Positions 15,013-27,863 of a DNA stretch of 64,000 nt are shown piece after piece. The DNA comes from Octopus sinensis (Eukaryota), in NCBI RefSeq assembly GCF_006345805.1, contig NC_043001.1, positions 4,712,001 to 4,776,000 on the forward strand, given 5' to 3'. The notes beneath the pieces are model-generated. The model was not told the origin of the DNA, made no database searches, and was given only the letters and a program-made list of their open reading frames with translations. Made by a program: the position numbers and the translations under genes. Positions within the stretch are counted from its first letter, which is position 1. The number at the start of each line of letters is the position of its first letter.

Positions 15013-15230
15013 ATTCTCTTTATAAATGTTCTGAAAGTCATTCACAGCCTTGATTTATTATCTCATTCTGTTAATTTTCATATATATGCTCGCTAATATG
15101 TGAGCAACTTTGAATTCTTCATTCGTATCATTAACGAACCTGGAGCTGAACTATAGTCTGTTCATATCACTTACTCAGTATTACCTGATTCCTTTGGGTC
15201 TTCTTCACACCAATATCTCTCATACTCTAC

Positions 15231-15331
<101 letters not shown>

Positions 15332-15361
15332 GCGAGAAAGAAGCAACAAGAATGGATAGGT

Positions 15362-15451
15362 TTTTAGTACAATCGTTTCATACAAGGACAGGCTTTATTA
15401 AGGTTGCAAAAATTGCAGCATATAAACGTGTCCCGTACTCATCAGCTAAAA
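15362..15451 (-). ncRNA. Type I hammerhead ribozyme with extended stem II (left arm)
   Basis: Reverse-complement copy of 18202-18291 with an intact core; the stem III loop is GAUU instead of GAUC. Confidence 0.8.
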
Positions 15452-16099
15452 TACATGTGAGTTCTCTAGACATCTTAGTAGTTGAGGCTATACTCATGAA
15501 GTAATGTAGATAATTAAGTAACATAAACAGATTTCCAAAGTTCATTAAAGTTCTTTAAAGATGATGTACAGTCTTATCACAGAATTTTAAAAAAAGTTTT
15601 AATAGCATCACAGAGAAGATGACTTAATCCATAGTGTACATATGAATTTCCAGAGATATGAGGAGGGATTACATACTCACAGACGACAAATTTATCCAAT
15701 GTTAATCACAACGAGGTGGGTCTCAATTCCTGCTTATTAGCATTACAGAGAGGGTGAATTAATCCTTTGTATAGATGCACAATTTCCAATGGTGTAGATG
15801 TAAATTTCCAGAGAAATGAAGAGGAATTTCATATTCACAGACGATAAATTTATCAATGGTTGAACACAATGAGGTAGGTATCAATTCTTGCTATATGATT
15901 AGGTATTTGCCACATTAATCACATTACTGCTATTTTCAAGAGACTGTAGCTATTTAACTTTTAAAGGCTGAAGGGCTTTCTAGAGAGGCAAAGAACAGAA
16001 AGGGAAAGAAAGAGAGGAAAAGAAAGAAAATAAAGGAGGAGGGAGCAAAAAGGGGGAGGAAACTAAAAGAGAAGAGAAAAGGAAAAAGAAAAAAAAAAA

Positions 16100-16699
16100 A
16101 AAGACCTAAAAGATGAAACAGAAGGATCAATAAATAATAGCAATACTTTAGATATCAGCACCAACTATAGAAATACTAATAACAATAAGGACAATTATAC
16201 TCATGATAATCAAAATAATAGGAACCTAAGACATCTACCCAAGAATAATCCAAAACCTGAAGTTGTTCCTCCTGTGTGTAAGTGTAGAATAAAATCAAAA
16301 TGCCCGGCACCTGGTCTATGCGGGGAAAATAACGTAATCTATAAATGTACCATATCCACGGAGAATAACAAATATTTTTACATTGGATGTACAATTAATT
16401 TTCTAGCTAGAGTTAGAAATCACATCTCGTCTTTTAAATTACGTCATAAAGCTGGTACCACCACACTTTCAAACAAAATCTGGGAACTCAAAAATAATAA
16501 CAACAATTATAACCTTAATTGGGAAATAGTTAGGAGAGCAATTCCGTATAAAAATAGCAGGGTTGGTTGCCAACTATGCTCCATGGAGACGTATGAAATT
16601 CTAAAGCATAGAAAACATAGAAACTTATTGAATAACCATATCGAACTAGGTCAAGTTTGTGTCCACGCTAAATTGAAGACTTTAAAATATTTTAAATGA
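16100..16699 (+). CDS. PLE linker plus GIY-YIG endonuclease domain (5'-truncated, no RT)
   Basis: CKCRIKSKCPAPGLC..NVIYKC..YFYIGCT..RVRNHISSF..LSNKIWELK..WEIV..CQLCSME..NLLN..CVH. The frame is open from about 16100 to the stop at 16697-16699. Confidence 0.85.
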   Translation, partial: KDLKDETEGSINNSNTLDISTNYRNTNNNKDNYTHDNQNNRNLRHLPKNNPKPEVVPPVCKCRIKSKCPAPGLCGENNVIYKCTISTENNKYFYIGCTINFLARVRNHISSFKLRHKAGTTTLSNKIWELKNNNNNYNLNWEIVRRAIPYKNSRVGCQLCSMETYEILKHRKHRNLLNNHIELGQVCVHAKLKTLKYFK

Positions 16700-18201
16700 T
16701 TAGAATATTCGTAACTAGATAGATAGATAGATATAACTTGATTTTTACCAGTATAGCACTGCTTTAAGTAGATAACTATGAGTTCTCACACTACAGTTAT
16801 CTTTTTCCTTATATCTGCATCAGCTTTTTGAGAACAGGGAAATGAATAGTACTTATACGCTGCTTAATTGAGGCTTTATTTAATTTCAAATTCATAATTT
16901 TAAATCTTAATTTTAAATCTTAATTTTAATTTTTAATTTTTAATTCTTAACTTAATCTAATTTAAGTAGCCTAACTTTAATAAAATAAAATGAGTTAATA
17001 AAGCCCCATAATTCTATTTCAAAATTAAATAAATAAGGCTACTCCCTCGATGATAGTATGATTATCTTCATTATGATAGACAATTCCTTGACACCTTGTA
17101 AATGATCTTCTAAGATTTGACCTGTAGTCCGTCAATGTATGAATAATAACGGCAACTCCTTAAGACAGTAAAACGAATAAATTAAATAAATAAATTTTAA
17201 TGACTTTTTGATAAGATTATACTTAGATTTTCCTAATGTATTTTCTTTTGATTTTAGCCTTTGACCCCTATACCCCTGACCTTGTTATCTCTTTAGATTC
17301 TCTTTAAATTCATAGCTGCTTTCAACGGCGTCACGTTAGCAATAAATTAGCTGTTTTACTGGTCAAGGAATAATATTCTCCTCTAGTTCCTAGATGCCTG
17401 CAAATTAAAACCAGACTTGCCGTCTACTAATTCTTCTGTATAACTAGAACCCTCTTTTTTTCTTTTTCTTTTCTCCCTTCTTTCCCTCTTTCTTTCTCTT
17501 TTCTCTTTTTTCTTTTTCTTCTTCTTATTCTCTTTTTTCTTTTTCTTTTTTTTTCTTTTTTTTTCTTTTTCCTTTTCTCTTCTCTTTTAGTCTCCCCCCC
17601 CTTTTTGCTCCCTCCTCCTTTATTTTCTTTCTTTTCCTCTCTTTCCTTCCCTTTCTGTTCTTTGCTTCTCTAGAAAGCCCTTCAGCCTTTAAAAGTTAAA
17701 TAGCTACAGTCTCTTGAAAATAGCAGTAATGTGATTAATGTGGCAAATACCTAATCATATAGCAAGAATTGATACCTACCTCATTGTGTTCAACCATTGA
17801 TAAATTTATCGTCTGTTAATATGAAATTCCTCTTCATTTCTCTGGAAATTTACATCTACACCATTGGAAATTGTGCATCTATACAAAGGATTAATTCACC
17901 CTCTCTGTAATGCTAATAAGCAGGAATTGAGACCCACCTCGTTGTGATTAACAATGGATAAATTTGTCGTCTGTGAGTATGTAATCCCTCCTCATATCTC
18001 TGGAAATTCATATGTACACTATGGATTAAGTCACCTTCTCTGTGATGCTATTAAAACTTTTTTTAAAATTCTGTGATAAGACTGTACATCATCTTTAAAG
18101 AACTTTAATGAACTTTGGAAATCTGTTTATGTTACTTAATTATCTACATTACTTCATGAGTATAGCCTCAACTACTAAGATGTCTAGAGAACTCACATGT
18201 A

Positions 18202-18291
18202 TTTTAGCTGATGAGTACGGGACAAGTTTATATGCTGCAATTTTTGCAACCTTTTTAAAGCCTGTCCTTGTATGAAACGATCGTACTAAAA
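18202..18291 (+). ncRNA. Type I hammerhead ribozyme with extended stem II (right arm)
   Basis: UUUUAG-CUGAUGA-GUACGGGACA...UGUCCUUGUAU-GAAAC gauc GUA-CUAAAA. It has a 6-bp stem I, an intact core and a palindromic GAUC loop in stem III. Confidence 0.85.
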
Positions 18292-18435
18292 ACCTATCCA
18301 TTCTTGTTGCTTCTTTCTCGCTTATAATCACCCTACGTTACTATATTGTTAAAACCGTATAGTTTTTTGGTGCATCTAAGTTAGGTACCATATTCAAGTA
18401 AATTCATTTAAATGACTTGAATCTTTATTGCTTTT

Positions 18436-18531
<96 letters not shown>

Positions 18532-19606
18532 ACTTACTTTGAAATGTGTATAAACATACTATATACACGGACATATATATATATATATATATACATTTAT
18601 GTAATTACGTATTATGCGTACACACAGGTGAATGGGTGTATTTTCGCGTGTGCACACATGCTGTTAGCAAACTTGCTTCCGAATGTGTGGGATTGAGTTG
18701 AATGAATGCGCCCAGCGTGTTTGTGTATTTTTGAAGGCATAAAATCAGACTGGTTTTAAAGTTTCACTAACCATTTTAAGTTAAGTCCTCATACAGACCT
18801 ATTAAAGTTTTTATATTCGTTAATGTGAATAGTTGATGTTTTCCTGTTTATGCGACTGGATAGTGTTAAGTGTATACCATTATCATTGGCATCAAACTAT
18901 TAGAAATTGTCTGTAACAGCAATTACGTTCTGTATCTTAATGAAGTATATCACTTACTAAAATCCACTCAATGAAAAGTTTAGATTAACCTAAAAGTGTT
19001 ACAGCCACGAACAGCATTTAACTCTGTTATTTGCAAACGTTCATATAGTCTTTATTGTACCACTTAATATTTTGAGTAGATTATATAATCTTCTCTTGAC
19101 TCTATATCCGTTTGCGTCAATATAGTTAACTCAAACATTATTTCTATAAGTTATATTTTAAATTGGGCATAATTTCCTAGGAGGGTATAGTAATACATTT
19201 CTACTGTTACAGTATGCGTTCACACTACATTGAAAATGCTTTCCTACAATTCACACGTGTCACATAAAATGTTGTTGATCCCCATACAGTATTTAATCGC
19301 CTGTCAGTAAATATTTTAATACACCTATATTTTGTAATTTAGTTAGTAACACTTCCACATTATTGTGTTACTGAGAAGTTATTAACCATTTTGTATAATA
19401 TAAACTTTAACTGTCACTGCTATAACTATACATGTTTAACAATAGCTACTTTTACCTTATTTTGTCCATCAGCTGACATGAAACCTAACATCGTTTATAC
19501 TCAGAAGTCATATATACTTAACGTAAGCTTGTTTGGCGTCTCACATGGTGTTCAAAAAATCGAAATATTGGTTTGTCCATTTTATGGCTGTCATTTCTTG
19601 CAGTCT

Positions 19607-19646
<40 letters not shown>

Positions 19647-19861
19647 ATACACAAACAGACAAACACACAAACACGTATATGTCACTTTGTATCAATACTT
19701 ACTGTCACCTGCGTGTAAGTGTGTGCATTTGTGTATATATATGTGTATATATTAATTAATCTGCAATTTATTTGGTGATATGTTTTAGTATCAAACTATC
19801 AAACATAACTTATTGGACATTCTATACTCGCCGAATTTTGTCGCGAGTAGTCTACTATATA

Positions 19862-20814
19862 TAGAAGGGTTGGACAAAATAATGGAAACACCAAGCATCA
19901 TAGCATTATAATTTTGGCATATCTATAAGACCGTCAAAAGCTTGTTTATTTTCACGTCTTTTGGTTTATTATTAGTGTTGCTTAATATGTTTTGCTAAAA
20001 TTGCTTTTTCTTTTCAGATATCATAAGAAAAAGATAATTAAAATTCAGTAAAAGGACATATCTAACAGACTTTCAAACAGGTCAATTTACTGGTGTTCGT
20101 ATGGCAGGCGCTATCGCAACGAAAGCAGACGAAATGTTTGGTGCATCAAGAAGTACTGTCTCGAAAGTAATGACAGCCTTTGAGAAAAAGAAAAAAACTT
20201 CTCGTTGAAACAAAACTCCGGAAGAAATCCAAAACTTTCAGAGAGAGGCCGTCGGACTCTTACGTGAATCGTTAGAAAGGATGGCAAAAGTACAGCTCCC
20301 TAAATTACTGCAGATCTTAATTACCACCTCGAGAACCTAATTTTAGAACTGTTTGCCGGAAACTGTACACGACCGTATTTGACGGGAGGGTGGCAATCAG
20401 GAAATCTTTCAGAAACAAACGTTGCAAAACGTTTAGTGTGGAGTAAAAACTCACAGAATTAGTCCCTATAGCAGTGGAAGAATGTCATTTTCTCGTACGA
20501 GTCATCCGTTACCTTATTTCATTCCACCGGCCGAGTATACGTGTGGAGACAGCCAAAAGAGGCATTTGACTCAGACTGCCTTCTTCCAACTCTTAAATAT
20601 GGAGGGAGATCGGTGTTGACATGTCCCTGTGGTGGGTGACTATATCTTAAAAATCCGCCTGCCCATTGGTTTGCTTTCAGGAACAATTCAAACTTTCTAC
20701 GAGTTCATACCTCGTAGAATTCAAGCAGTAATTACTGCCAAAGGCAGTCCTACTCATTAATAAATTAACCTTGTTTGGAATTTTAAGGTGGCTCCATTAT
20801 TTTTCCAAGCCCTG
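19862..20814 (+). mobile_element. Internally deleted Tc1-family DNA transposon
   Basis: Imperfect TIRs (gggttggacaaaataatggaaacacc versus the reverse complement gggcttggaaaaataatggagccacc) with TA flanks. Degraded transposase at ~20060-20630: LTDFQTGQ..FGASRSTVSKVM..SGRNPKLSER..QWKNVIFSYES..VWRQPKE..LPTLKYGG. Confidence 0.85.
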
Positions 20815-20883
20815 CATATATATATATATACATACACACATACACACACACACACACACACACAAATATATATATATATTATA

Positions 20884-20947
<64 letters not shown>

Positions 20948-21093
20948 TATATATATACACATACATATATATATATATATGTATACATATATATACATAT
21001 ATATATAATATATATATATATATACATATATATACATATATATACATATATATGTATATACATATATACATATATATATACATATATATATAC

Positions 21094-21158
<65 letters not shown>

Positions 21159-21934
21159 TCTGTAATCTGTAGCACAGATTGTTAGATCTTAAAATATCAG
21201 ATTCTCTGAATTTTGTAAATCTCCATGCTTATTCGCATTCGACCTGGGGTTGTAAATAGAGAGCAACTGTAGAGTGGATTATAGTAATTTGATATCTTTT
21301 AGCGTATAAGCACTGGCATTCCAGCGCCCTGGATTGTAATTTTATTTTCATAATTGTATACTTTAACCCATATGGTTATTTTCTATTCGCTAACCGGTGA
21401 TATTATCACCTTATTGCTGATAACATCATTTGGTAAGTATATATACAATCTTTGAGTTCTGTAGTCTCTAAATTACGCTGGAGTACTATATTTATTCCGT
21501 AAGCTTCCTGACAGTAGCCACATGGCCGAGATGGGCGACTAGTTTCAATGTATTCGCGGGAAACGCATGTATATATTGGTATGCGTACGAATAACTTCAT
21601 CGGTATGTATAAGTATTTTTCGCTTATATATTTGAGGATTGCAAAGTAATCATTGTTACGGTGATATAAGACTGCTCGAAATTCTGTAAATATTGTTGCT
21701 CAATACCTCGCTTTCGACCTGGAGTAATAAATATAGAACAAATTTTTAATGGACTGTAGGTATTTGACAGGTACTTCTAGCTTATTGGCGCTGGTACTCC
21801 AGCGCTCTGGATTATCGTTATTTTTATAATTATATATATATATATATATATACCGGAGTAAAAACTTTCCGATGAACGGCAACGGGAAACTCAGAGTAAC
21901 AGGTTTAGTTTAATATTCTGCTGCTTTAAATAAA

Positions 21935-21976
<42 letters not shown>

Positions 21977-23125
21977 TCTGAAATATTTCACAGCCTTGGA
22001 CCTTTATCCCATTATATTATATGTAATATAATATGTGACAATTATTCGGTTGCCATAATAAAACTCCTAGGTCTGGGTGTCGAGGCAGAAATCTGCTCCG
22101 GCATTTTGTCAGTTATTAAGACAATCAAAACTCGGAGGATTATTATACCAATCGAATAATTGCCACATATTATATTACAGATAGATTCCTCTATTTACAT
22201 ATCGACACCTCATTCATTATTTTGCTGTCATACCATTACTATTAATATATATATGTGTGTATGTATGTCTTTGTGTGTGTGTGTGCGTGCGTGTGTGCTC
22301 ACTTCCAACTGTCTATACTCTACAAGTATTATTCAAAGAGAATTTAACTTTTATCGTTTCGGTATCACAATTATTTTGACTGCAGACATTTCGATTTGGA
22401 AATTCAGACACAGACATCTATTAAATATATCAGTATTCTAATGTTGTATTTTATTTTATAAATACACTTACTACATATTCATACGTTTGACACTTTGGAA
22501 ATATTCATAATTTACTGTGAAATATATGCTGCTCACAATGACACAGAATTTTTATATAAGCCTAACGTATATCCTTCGAAACATGCATAATTTATCACTG
22601 AGTTTCACTGTCTTTTCCCCCTTCTCTCTTTCTCCCTTTCTCTCTCACTCTCACTCCCACTATATTTCTCTACGTGCCTTTATGTTTTCTTTTCTTTTTG
22701 CTCTATTTCGCCGTCTTGTTCTCCATATCCACAGTTATGTCGATTTTTCAAAATCAACTCTGATTTATTCCTATCATATTACGAATCAGCTGAATTCCAA
22801 ATAATTCCACAACAGCTCTGGTTTTCTGAATCTTCATTCTTATACATCTTCTGGCCTTAGTAACAACACGTATGAACTAATATATGTTAAAACGCACGTC
22901 CCCGTTCATGTTAAATGTGATTTCATTCGTATATAACATCTTATCTCCTATATTCTTCTACATTCAAATGAATTTATGACATATCCCCTGGATTTTGATG
23001 CAGAATTTAGCTACAAAACCTCAGGATACTGCGGTTGTGTGAATTCAATTATTCGAGAATGCTTTTTGTAATTACGATGAATGCTAGAATATATATTGAC
23101 CAACGCCTTCTCATTTGCAAGCGAA

Positions 23126-23560
23126 GGCGCCGAGCTGGCAGAAACGTTCGCAGGTCGGGCGAAATACTTAGCGGTATTTCGTCTGTCGCTACGTTGTGAG
23201 TTCAAATTCCGCCGAGTTCGACTTTTCCTTTCATCCTTTCTGGGTCGATTAAATAAGTACCAGTTACGCTCTGGGGCCGATATAATCGACTTAATCCGTT
23301 TGTCTGTACTTGCTTGCCCCCTTTGTGTGTAGCTCCTTGTGGGCAGTAAACAAATAAGAAACGTTAGGCACCGGATGAAGTACTTAGCGGTTTTTCGCCC
23401 GTCTCATCGTTCTGAGTTCAAATTCCGCCGAGTTTGAATTAGCGTTTCAGCCTTTCGAGATCGATAAATTAAATACGAGTTGCGTACTCTGTCGACTGAA
23501 TCGATTGGCCTCCCCTTCCCATTCCCCAAAATTTCAGGCTTGGTTCCTCGAGCATAAAGG
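23126..23560 (+). mobile_element. Two tandem tRNA-derived SINEs, family B (Meta-domain-like core)
   Basis: gagctggcagaaacgtt..gagttcaaattccgccgag..ctttcatcctttc.gggtcgat.aaataagtaccag occurs twice (about 23126-23360 and 23358-23560). Confidence 0.8.
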
Positions 23561-24469
23561 ATTATGAATCACAAACGAACAACAGCGTTCTATAATTATC
23601 GAGGTACAGAGTGCTACGAAATCTTTGGCAATATGTCCTTTCTGAGGAAAAGTAGTCTTTACAAGTAACATTATTCTGCATCTCTTAAATATAGAACTGT
23701 TTAAAAGTAACATTTGCTCTTAGTTTTATACTTTAAGTGGCAATTTTGATTCCACTCGATATAGCATTTGTAATTGTGGCTTTAGTCGAAAAGTACGTTA
23801 TGGAGCTCATTAAATAATAAAATGAAATATATTGAAATGTACCGAACTGAACCGAGATGCTCCACATTTCAATTTTATTCTCACGATAAAACAAGGCAAA
23901 AACCTTTGCAAGAAAAAAGAGCCTTCAATCACCAGCTGATTCTGGAATGATATTGACACTAATCTAAAACGTGATGTTATATTTCGCCAAAGTGCATAGG
24001 AATCACGGCATTAATTATATCTTTAGATGTACCAAATGTACTAGAACAGCAAAACAGCAGGTGTAGTCATGTCGCAGAGATAAGAATCTATTGAAATCGC
24101 TTCAGGCAGGATTAAAATACATTCTACTAACAACCAGTTGATATAATTAATGTGGCAGATAGTTCGAGAAAAAATGGTGTAAATGGATAGGAAATATGCC
24201 GGGGAGGCTCGAGACATGTTGGTAATGTAGTTTTTTATATTGTTTTCGCAGTATTAAACATGAGGCATAAGTAGGGGATGTAAGTATTTTCCTTGTTTCT
24301 TCTCATATCCTGTTGTGATTCATATTGCTGTTGTCGTTTTCCTTTTGTCATGTGACACATTATTAACCAGTAATTCATTTTGTATTTTACCAGAAAAAGG
24401 ACTGAAATTTAACCCATCGTTGGCCAGAGTTATCATGTTTCAATTTTTATTCTCTTTTATCTTTATTCA

Positions 24470-24670
24470 ACCATTTCAATTCAGTCATGCTGGGGCAACC
24501 CTTGAAGTGTTTTGGTCGAACAAATCAACCCCAAGATTTATATATATCTAAGCCTGGCACTTATTCCTCCGATCTCTTTTGCCGGAAGGCTACATCATCG
24601 GGACGTAAACACACAAACGTCGGTTGACAAGTGGTAGTTTTGGGTCAAGCAAAGACACAAAGATAGAGAC
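24470..24670 (-). mobile_element. SINE family A, 3' half
   Basis: Reverse complement of the family A 3' region (gacgtaaacac, gtcggttgacaag). Confidence 0.6.
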
Positions 24671-24677
24671 TCAAATG

Positions 24678-24763
<86 letters not shown>

Positions 24764-24901
24764 TAAATAAATGGTACAACGAAGCACCGATATTTACTGG
24801 AAAATAGCGAACGTAATAAATACGACGCTAATGTATAGCTTCACTGCGTATGTATTAGTAAAGATGCGTGTGTGCAACAGACATGAAAAAAATTGGCTTA
24901 C

Positions 24902-24916
24902 CTCTAGGAAGAACAT
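24902..24916 (-). CDS. Candidate 15-nt microexon (DVLPR in phase 1)
   Basis: tttttcatttttcag|ATGTTCTTCCTAGAG|gtaagc. Splice signals only; there is no transcript evidence. Confidence 0.3.
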
Positions 24917-25188
24917 CTGAAAAATGAAAAACGTAGATAACGGATAATGCAGTACCGGTTTCGGATTTTTCAAAATACGCTTGCCAAACGTATATTTGAT
25001 TTATCTTCATCAGCTGCATAAACCTCGACAATATTTCAAATGTTGCCACATCTATACCAGTACACTCGTCTGAACGCCAAAACGTTAACAGAACGAGAAC
25101 AGTGAAGAAGTTTCAATGAAAATACTAATCCAATACGAGAGTATTGGTTTCCAGTATATAAGTACGTCGGGCTTCCTCCACTTTCCGT

Positions 25189-25317
25189 TTACGAAATCCA
25201 CTTGCAAGATTTGGTTGGCCTGTGGGTATATTGGAAGACACTTGTAAAAGTTGCCACTTAGTAGTAGTCAACCGTGAACCTTGTGGTTACGAAGCAAGCT
25301 TCTTACCGCACAGCTAT
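25189..25317 (-). mobile_element. SINE family A, degraded 5' half
   Basis: aaatccac..gaagacacttg..agcaagcttcttaccgcacagc. Confidence 0.55.
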
Positions 25318-25646
25318 GCAAATTTTCCCTCCCACATTATCCTGTATTTTCAACGTGACAAACAACTTCGTTTTATGTCCTCCACGAACTTATATAAAAA
25401 ATAATTAATATAATGGGTTTAGAAACGTGTGTGCCTCGTTGACTGAGATACTGTTGTAATAAATGTCATTGAAAGAGGCATTTACCTACAATAGGGGTGT
25501 TGGATGTTTGTTTACGTATCTATGTAAACAAGCTCGTATCTATGTATACCAAGCTAAATTCGATATTGTCAGCACCTATCTCATTCCCACGCTTTTGCTC
25601 TCTCTCCCTCACTGTATATATATATGTGTGTGTGTAGATATATATG

Positions 25647-25697
<51 letters not shown>

Positions 25698-27633
25698 CTG
25701 TAGTTTCAGCTCAGAGCTGCGGTCATGCTGATGCTGCGAGGTTATATATATCATGTGGATTAGCAATTTAACAATCTAATGGCAAATTTATACACGTCCC
25801 TGACATGAGGGCACAAAGTGGTGCCGTAATTGTTAGAAGTAAGAGTCCAACCGATTCCTTAACCACACGAACCCTGTCTTAAAAAAACTGACAGGAGAGA
25901 CAAACATCGAATTTTGATGCAGAACATTTAACTCTTTCTATATGTAAATCAAAGTTAGGAGAGAAAAATACAAGCGGAAAAAAACAAAGTACAGCGTACA
26001 GAGAAGAAATGATACATAACAAACTGCAAATAGGCCAAAAAGAAGATGCGCGGATCATTCGCAGACGTTTTCCTCTTCAGTCGGTGTCCGGAAAGTCCTT
26101 GCAGTTTCACACTTATTATCCACGTGACTGCTCAAATCCGGCGAGGGCCAGCGACTTAAGCTAAAAGTATTAAGCCTCTGGGAAATGCAAACGAATGTGT
26201 ACAAGAACGAGAACAAGAGCGGAAAGGAAAACTAAAACGCTTGAACATGAACGTACAACAGAACGCTTTTCGATTATACGACAGGAGGAAAATAATTTAC
26301 GAATACAAAACAAAAATAGCAGAGGGATTCTTTCGACCATTGAATGAAACACATTTTATGAAATAATAATGCAATTGCGACCGGACAAGAGAAAATGGAG
26401 AAAATTCTTGATCAACAAACAAATTGACTACCAAAAGTTATTATTTCTTAATACAAAACTTTATCATTTCTAACAGCCGTTTCTGCTTTAACTGTTCGTC
26501 ACTGTTGTCAAGGACAATTCTGAGAACAATATTCGTCATATTTTAAAGAAAATCCGATCTGGTAAATGAAGCTTCGTCAGAGTGGAGAAAAATACATACA
26601 ATAAAATAATAAAGAGAAGAGAACCGGGCCTCGAGTTGAGGAAATAAAGCTTAAAATATTTTAATCATACCATTTTGCAGTGCAACGCTTGAAATCCGTG
26701 AGCAAAGACTAAACTAGAAAATGAATTAATGGGTAATCTTTCTTTAGGGGCAACAGGGTCTATAAATCAAAACATTAAGTAAGTTTGTATTACATGATTC
26801 GCTAATAGAAAACGAATAGTACGTAAGATTTCGTAAATAGTACTAATTAATATTTATCCAAATTTCACGCTCATAAAATAATGACGTTGATATACTTGAT
26901 GATATATTATAAAGAGTAACTATATTCTATACCGACTGATGGCTGGACATTGGTCAATCCCATAAGAGACAACAGGTGGTTGGTCTTTATAATACATCAG
27001 TAAGTATATTCATGTAATTATTTTATAGGCATGCTATTTGGATGAACATTAATACATGATAATTGAGTTTAGCACAAACAATCATTAGCTATGTCTGCAC
27101 ATATACACTAGGTATTAAGGTTGGTTCACTTTAATACACAAAACGATGATTAAGTGTGCGGCTTCGCAGATTATATTTTCCTGTAGGTCTATATTTAAGG
27201 CTACATTTTTAACTTATTCTTCTGCTTTAAAACAACAGATTATAATTGGAAGAGATCTACTTCGGGCATGTTCTTTCTTTCAAACATATTGTAGAATTGT
27301 TACTAGTGGTATCACATTATAGATATTCAACATTTCTGAATATATTCATTGAAATTTTTTAGATAAACCGTGGCAATCATGGAACCATCTAATCGCAAAC
27401 GATTTTTTGTTCCTAAAGAAGCCTTTACGTAGTCTAGAAATAATAGTTAAACATCAGTGGTTAACGGTAAGAAAATAATTAATATTCTGCCTGGGCTTAC
27501 TGTATATCCCAAACAGCTAATGTCTTCTTTCATAGCGCCTTTCAACCGAGCCAATTCTGTGCGGTGTGTAGCTGCCAGGATTATAATGATTCTGTAGTCG
27601 ACTGCAGACGTGACTCGTCACCAAGCTTAATGC

Positions 27634-27791
27634 TACAGTTCTATATTTAAGAGAGGAGGAATTATGTACATTATTTACATTTGACTAATATTTGTTCTCA
27701 TCTTGATTGTTGTTAACATGTTTCGGTTGATATACCCTCCAGCCTTCATCAGATTTCGAACCTGGGTTTTCATTCTTAAGGTATTTTTCGA

Positions 27792-27863
<72 letters not shown>

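Larger units (their letters stand above)
14587..15074. mobile_element. Non-coding fold-back element made of two inverted hammerhead-bearing (PLE pLTR-like) arms
   Basis: Arms ~14587-14803 and ~14860-15074 are diverged inverted copies. Hammerhead-like motifs lie at 14648-14695 (-) and 14965-15012 (+). Confidence 0.8.
15332..18321 (+). mobile_element. 5'-truncated Penelope-like element with ~770-bp inverted arms
   Basis: 15332-16102 is the reverse complement of ~17556-18321. The GIY-YIG ORF fragment lies between the arms, each arm has a hammerhead, and the left flank is (TA)n. Confidence 0.9.

Noticed and set aside
15961-16102. Lys/Arg-rich reading frame upstream of the GIY-YIG ORF
   Set aside because: It is the reverse complement of the pyrimidine tract in the inverted arm, not part of the element's protein.
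15332-18321. TIR DNA transposon interpretation
   Set aside because: There is no transposase or TSD, the enclosed ORF is a PLE endonuclease and the arms carry hammerheads typical of pLTRs.
25900-26400. Purine-rich unique stretch with short open frames (e.g. ECVQEREQERKGKLKRL)
   Set aside because: No start, no recognisable domain and no convincing splice pair.
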